From NCBI GenBank assembly GCA_963715985.1, contig CAVQSP010000020.1, positions 61,453 through 125,452 on the forward strand: 64,000 nt of DNA. Direction: 5' to 3'. The notes beneath the pieces were generated by a model. The model had not been told where the DNA came from. It searched no databases and saw only the letters and a list, made by a program, of their open reading frames with translations. Below are positions 61,758-64,000 of this stretch, piece by piece (positions within the stretch are counted from its first letter, which is position 1; the number at the start of each line of letters is the position of its first letter). The position numbers and the translations under genes are program-made. Origin of the DNA: an uncultured Thermoleophilia bacterium (lineage in GTDB: Bacteria; Actinomycetota; Thermoleophilia; UBA2241).

Positions 61758-64000
61758 TCACGACCCGAGCAGCTCACCCAGCTTGGCGAGGCCGGCGTCG
61801 AGGGCGGCAGGGATGCCGTCCACCAGCGGGCCACCGCCGCGGGCCAGCGTGGGCTTGCCGCCGCCCTTGCCGTCCACAGCCGGCATCATGGCGCGCAGGA
61901 CGTCGCTGGCGTGCGCGCCCCGGCCCACGGCCGCGTCCGGCGCCGTGACCACGGCGGCCACGCGGCCGTCCACCGCGCTCGCGAGCAGGAGCACGGCGCC
62001 CGGCTCGCGAGCGCGGATCTCGTCGGCCAGCGCGAGCAGTTCGTCGGCGGCGTCCACCTGCGGCGACGCCGCCACCACCTTCAGGCCGGCCACCTCGCGG
62101 GCGCCGCCGAGGAGCTCGCCGGCAAGGTCGCGGCGTTCACCGCTCTCCGCCGCCTTGAGCTTCTGCTGGAGCTCGGCCACCTGCGCGGACAACCTGGCCA
62201 CGGAGGCCGGCACGCGGTCGCCGCCGACGCCGAGCTCGGCGGCCACGGCGTTCCAGGCGCCCTCGAGGTCGCGGTAGTGCTGGATCGCGGCGGCCGAGGT
62301 GATGGCCTCGATGCGGCGGGTGTTGGCGCCCACAGACTGGCTGGACGTGATCTTGAACAGGCCGATCTGCGACGTGGACGAGACGTGGGTGCCGCCACAG
62401 AGCTCGCGGCTGAAGTCGTCGATCTCGAGGACGCGCACGAACTCGCCGTACTTCTCCTCGAACTGCCCGATGGCGCCGATCTCGGACGCGTACTCGCGGG
62501 TGGTCACGAACGGGCGCACCGAATGGTTCTCCACGATGCGCCGGTTGACCAGCTCCTCCGCCTGCTGCAGCTGGTCGGCGGTGGGAGCGCTGCGCACGCT
62601 GAAGTCGAAGCGGAGACGCTCGGGCCGTACCAGTGAGCCGGCCTGGCGCACGTTCTCGCCGAGCGCGATGCGCAGGGCGTTGTGCAGAAGATGCGTGGCC
62701 GTGTGGTTGCAGGCCGTCTGGTGGCGACGCACAGCGTTGACCATGGCCTTGGCGCGCTCCCCGACCTGCACGGTGCCCTCGACGACCCGTGCGACGACGA
62801 CCTGGTCGTTCTCGAAGCGCACCACGTCCTCGAGCTCGAGCTTGCCGCCGTCCGTGTGGATCCAGCCGCCGTCGGCCACCTGGCCGCCGCCCTCAGCGTA
62901 GAAGGGAGACTCCGCGAGCTTGACGGCGACGCGCCCGTCGGACAGCTCGCGGCAGGCGCGCACCACGGTGAAGACCTCGAGACGCTCGTAGCCGACGAAG
63001 GACACGGCGAGGTCGGTGTGCTCGCGCTGGAACTCCTCGAGCTCGCCGGGGCCGCCGTCGAAGGCGCCCGCCTTCTGGGCGGCGCGGGCGCGCTCCCGCT
63101 GCTCCTCCATGAGGTGCTCGAAGCGCTCCTCGTCCACACTCATGTCCCACTCGGCGGCGATCTCGCGCGTGAGGTCGAACGGGAAGCCATAGGTGTCGTG
63201 AAGCTCGAAGGCGACCTCGGCCGGCAGCTCCGCGCCGGCGTCGCGGGCGCGGCGGAGGGCCTCGTCGAGGATGCCCATGCCCTGCTGCAGCGTGTGACGG
63301 AAGCGGACCTCCTCGTCCCGGACCACGCGCTCGATGTCCTCGCGCGCCGCGACGAGTTGGGGGTAGGCCGGACCCATCATGTCGACGACCGCGGCGGCGA
63401 GCGTGGCCAGGAAGGGCTTCTCGACGCCGATGGCCACGCCCTGCTGCACGGCCCGGCGAATGATGCGGCGCAACACGTAGTCGCGGCCGTCGTTGCCCGG
63501 CAGCACGCCGTCCATGACGAGGAAGGCGGCGCCCCTGGCGTGCTCGGCCATGGTGCGCAAGGCGCGGATGACGGCCGGCGAGGCCGCAGGCTGCACGCCG
63601 GCAAGCTCCGCGCCCTTGGCGACGAGCGGCACGAAGAGGTCGGTCTCGAACACGTTGGTGACGCCCTGGGTGAGCGCGGCGATGCGCTCGATGCCCATGC
63701 CGGTGTCGATGCTCGGCTTGGGCAGAGGCGTGAGGTCGCCGTGCTCGTTCATCTCGTACTGCACGAACACGAGGTTCCAGTACTCGAGGAAGCGGTCGCA
63801 GTCGCAACCCGGGGCGCACTCGGGATCGTCGCAGCCCATCTCGGGACCGTAGTCGTAGTAGAGCTCCGAGCAGGGCCCGCACGGCCCGGTGGGCCCGGCG
63901 GGCCCCCAGAAGTTGTCCTTGCGGCCGAGGCGGATGATGCGGTCGTCGGCGAAGCCGTGCGCCTTCCACAGCTCCACAGCCTCTTCATCGGCCGGCACCT
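61758..64000 (-). CDS. alaS: Alanine--tRNA ligase; N-terminus off the right edge
   Basis: 746 aa visible. ...FWGPAGPTGPCGPCSELYYD, editing domain HTATHLLH...CGGTHV, C-terminal DHHA1 GGGKPTLARGGG. Confidence 0.95.
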   Translation of the reverse strand, partial: VPADEEAVELWKAHGFADDRIIRLGRKDNFWGPAGPTGPCGPCSELYYDYGPEMGCDDPECAPGCDCDRFLEYWNLVFVQYEMNEHGDLTPLPKPSIDTGMGIERIAALTQGVTNVFETDLFVPLVAKGAELAGVQPAASPAVIRALRTMAEHARGAAFLVMDGVLPGNDGRDYVLRRIIRRAVQQGVAIGVEKPFLATLAAAVVDMMGPAYPQLVAAREDIERVVRDEEVRFRHTLQQGMGILDEALRRARDAGAELPAEVAFELHDTYGFPFDLTREIAAEWDMSVDEERFEHLMEEQRERARAAQKAGAFDGGPGELEEFQREHTDLAVSFVGYERLEVFTVVRACRELSDGRVAVKLAESPFYAEGGGQVADGGWIHTDGGKLELEDVVRFENDQVVVARVVEGTVQVGERAKAMVNAVRRHQTACNHTATHLLHNALRIALGENVRQAGSLVRPERLRFDFSVRSAPTADQLQQAEELVNRRIVENHSVRPFVTTREYASEIGAIGQFEEKYGEFVRVLEIDDFSRELCGGTHVSSTSQIGLFKITSSQSVGANTRRIEAITSAAAIQHYRDLEGAWNAVAAELGVGGDRVPASVARLSAQVAELQQKLKAAESGERRDLAGELLGGAREVAGLKVVAASPQVDAADELLALADEIRAREPGAVLLLASAVDGRVAAVVTAPDAAVGRGAHASDVLRAMMPAVDGKGGGKPTLARGGGPLVDGIPAALDAGLAKLGELLGS

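Overview
About 70% G+C by eye (not computed). Every gene I can support lies on the minus strand, and the long plus-strand ORFs in the track are antisense shadows. The backbone is a conserved housekeeping block whose order matches actinobacterial synteny as I remember it from Mycobacterium. Read right to left on the transcribed strand: alaS-ruvX-mltG-aroE / aroC-aroK-aroB-aroQ-pepQ-efp / nusB / ispA-dxs-tlyA-nadK-recN-pyrG / xerD-deoB-punA-deoA / rsmD-coaD / DUF177-rpmF / plsX-acpP-rnc-smc-ftsY / ffh-rpsP-KH-rimM-trmD-rplS-3x lepB-rnhB-yraN-comM-dprA.

The one accessory segment is a ~17.5 kb type IV pilus (T4P) locus (41.7-59.2 kb) inserted between aroE and aroC. It encodes pilB, pilT, pilC, an orphan SigB/F/G-type sigma factor, one intact and two degraded pilin genes, an ABC-2 transporter plus TPR protein (PilGHI-like arrangement), pilD, four minor pilins, pilMNO and a two-domain PilP-like protein. 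No secretin is present.

Three other signals stand out:
- A family of modular GC-rich hairpin repeats sits in at least four intergenic gaps, with compensatory stem changes between copies.
- There are several candidate regulatory elements. A 32-nt box is identical upstream of two pilin genes, has sigma54-like GG-N10-GC geometry and an upstream TGTC array. The only U-tract terminator in the window lies inside a pilin leader. The others are a ~20-bp hairpin just upstream of rnc, TGnTATACT promoters for pyrG and dxs, and a G11/G-quadruplex motif on the pyrG start.
- Reading-frame lesions occur in essential genes (trmD, dxs) and in pilM. A GNAT gene carries an in-frame TGA. Indels are dense at 51.7-53.9 kb.

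I cannot tell assembly error from real gene decay without reads. All start codons and lesion positions come from manual translation and may be a few nt off. No similarity searches were run.
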